Origin: Rhizaria sp. SCN 62-66
Taxonomy: Eukaryota
Direction of reading: 5' to 3'
Length of the DNA: 46,781 bases
NCBI GenBank assembly: GCA_001724265.1
Contig: MEDY01000235.1
Span: 1-46,781 of the forward strand
Under the pieces are notes generated by a model. The model was not told where the DNA came from. It searched no databases and worked only from the letters and a program-made list of their open reading frames with translations. The translations under genes were made by a program, and so were the position numbers. The number at the start of each line of letters is the position of its first letter. Positions within the stretch are counted from its first letter, which is position 1. Of the stretch, positions 46,686 through 46,781 are shown one piece after another.

Positions 46686-46781
46686 TTAGAAGCCGTACTT
46701 GGCGAGCTCGGCGTTGATGGGAGCAAGCTCCTTGGAGGCGGCGGCAATAGCCTTGGCCTGGAGCTTGGCAACCTGCTTCTT
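46686..46781 (-). CDS. 3' end of a gene (KKQVAKLQAKAIAAASKELAPINAELAKYGF*), possibly a ribosomal protein tail
   Basis: 31 codons with strongly biased usage (AAG, GCC, GCT, CTC), ending at TAA 46688-46686, with AATAAA about 20 nt downstream. Too short to identify. Confidence 0.55.
   Translation of the reverse strand, partial: KKQVAKLQAKAIAAASKELAPINAELAKYGF

Noticed and set aside
2668-46688. Ciliate-type code with both TAA and TAG as Gln
   Set aside because: TAA falls at GC-to-AT transitions marking gene ends and never occurs inside a conserved region. The one ambiguous case (21323-21349) is listed as a finding.
1-46781. Prokaryotic features (CRISPR arrays, operons, IS elements)
   Set aside because: The window has spliceosomal introns and eukaryote-specific genes. 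I saw no repeat-spacer array or transposase.

Overview
GC-rich nuclear DNA from a unicellular, probably flagellated eukaryote (ZMYND12 is present). It has GT-AG introns of about 110-200 nt, AT-richer spacers and long Ala/Gly/Ser-rich insertions in conserved proteins. Gene order: partial secreted protein (-), NAXE (-), acyl-CoA thioesterase (-), SNAP-25-like SNARE (+), Rce1-type protease (+), ZMYND12 (+), ATAD2/Yta7 (-), two Cid1/GLD-2-family nucleotidyltransferases plus a pseudogene fragment (+), a ~3055-aa small-GTPase/multi-pass membrane protein (-), a PQ-loop transporter (-), RAD54 (-), and the 3' end of another gene (-). Main result: the sequence points to a variant nuclear genetic code in which TAG is a sense codon, most likely Gln, while TAA and TGA remain stops. 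Ten in-frame TAGs interrupt six otherwise intact genes, two of them upstream of conserved NAXE motifs. All 12 gene ends I could define are TAA or TGA. The supplied standard-code ORF track therefore truncates or splits several genes. All family assignments are from motif recognition, not database searches.
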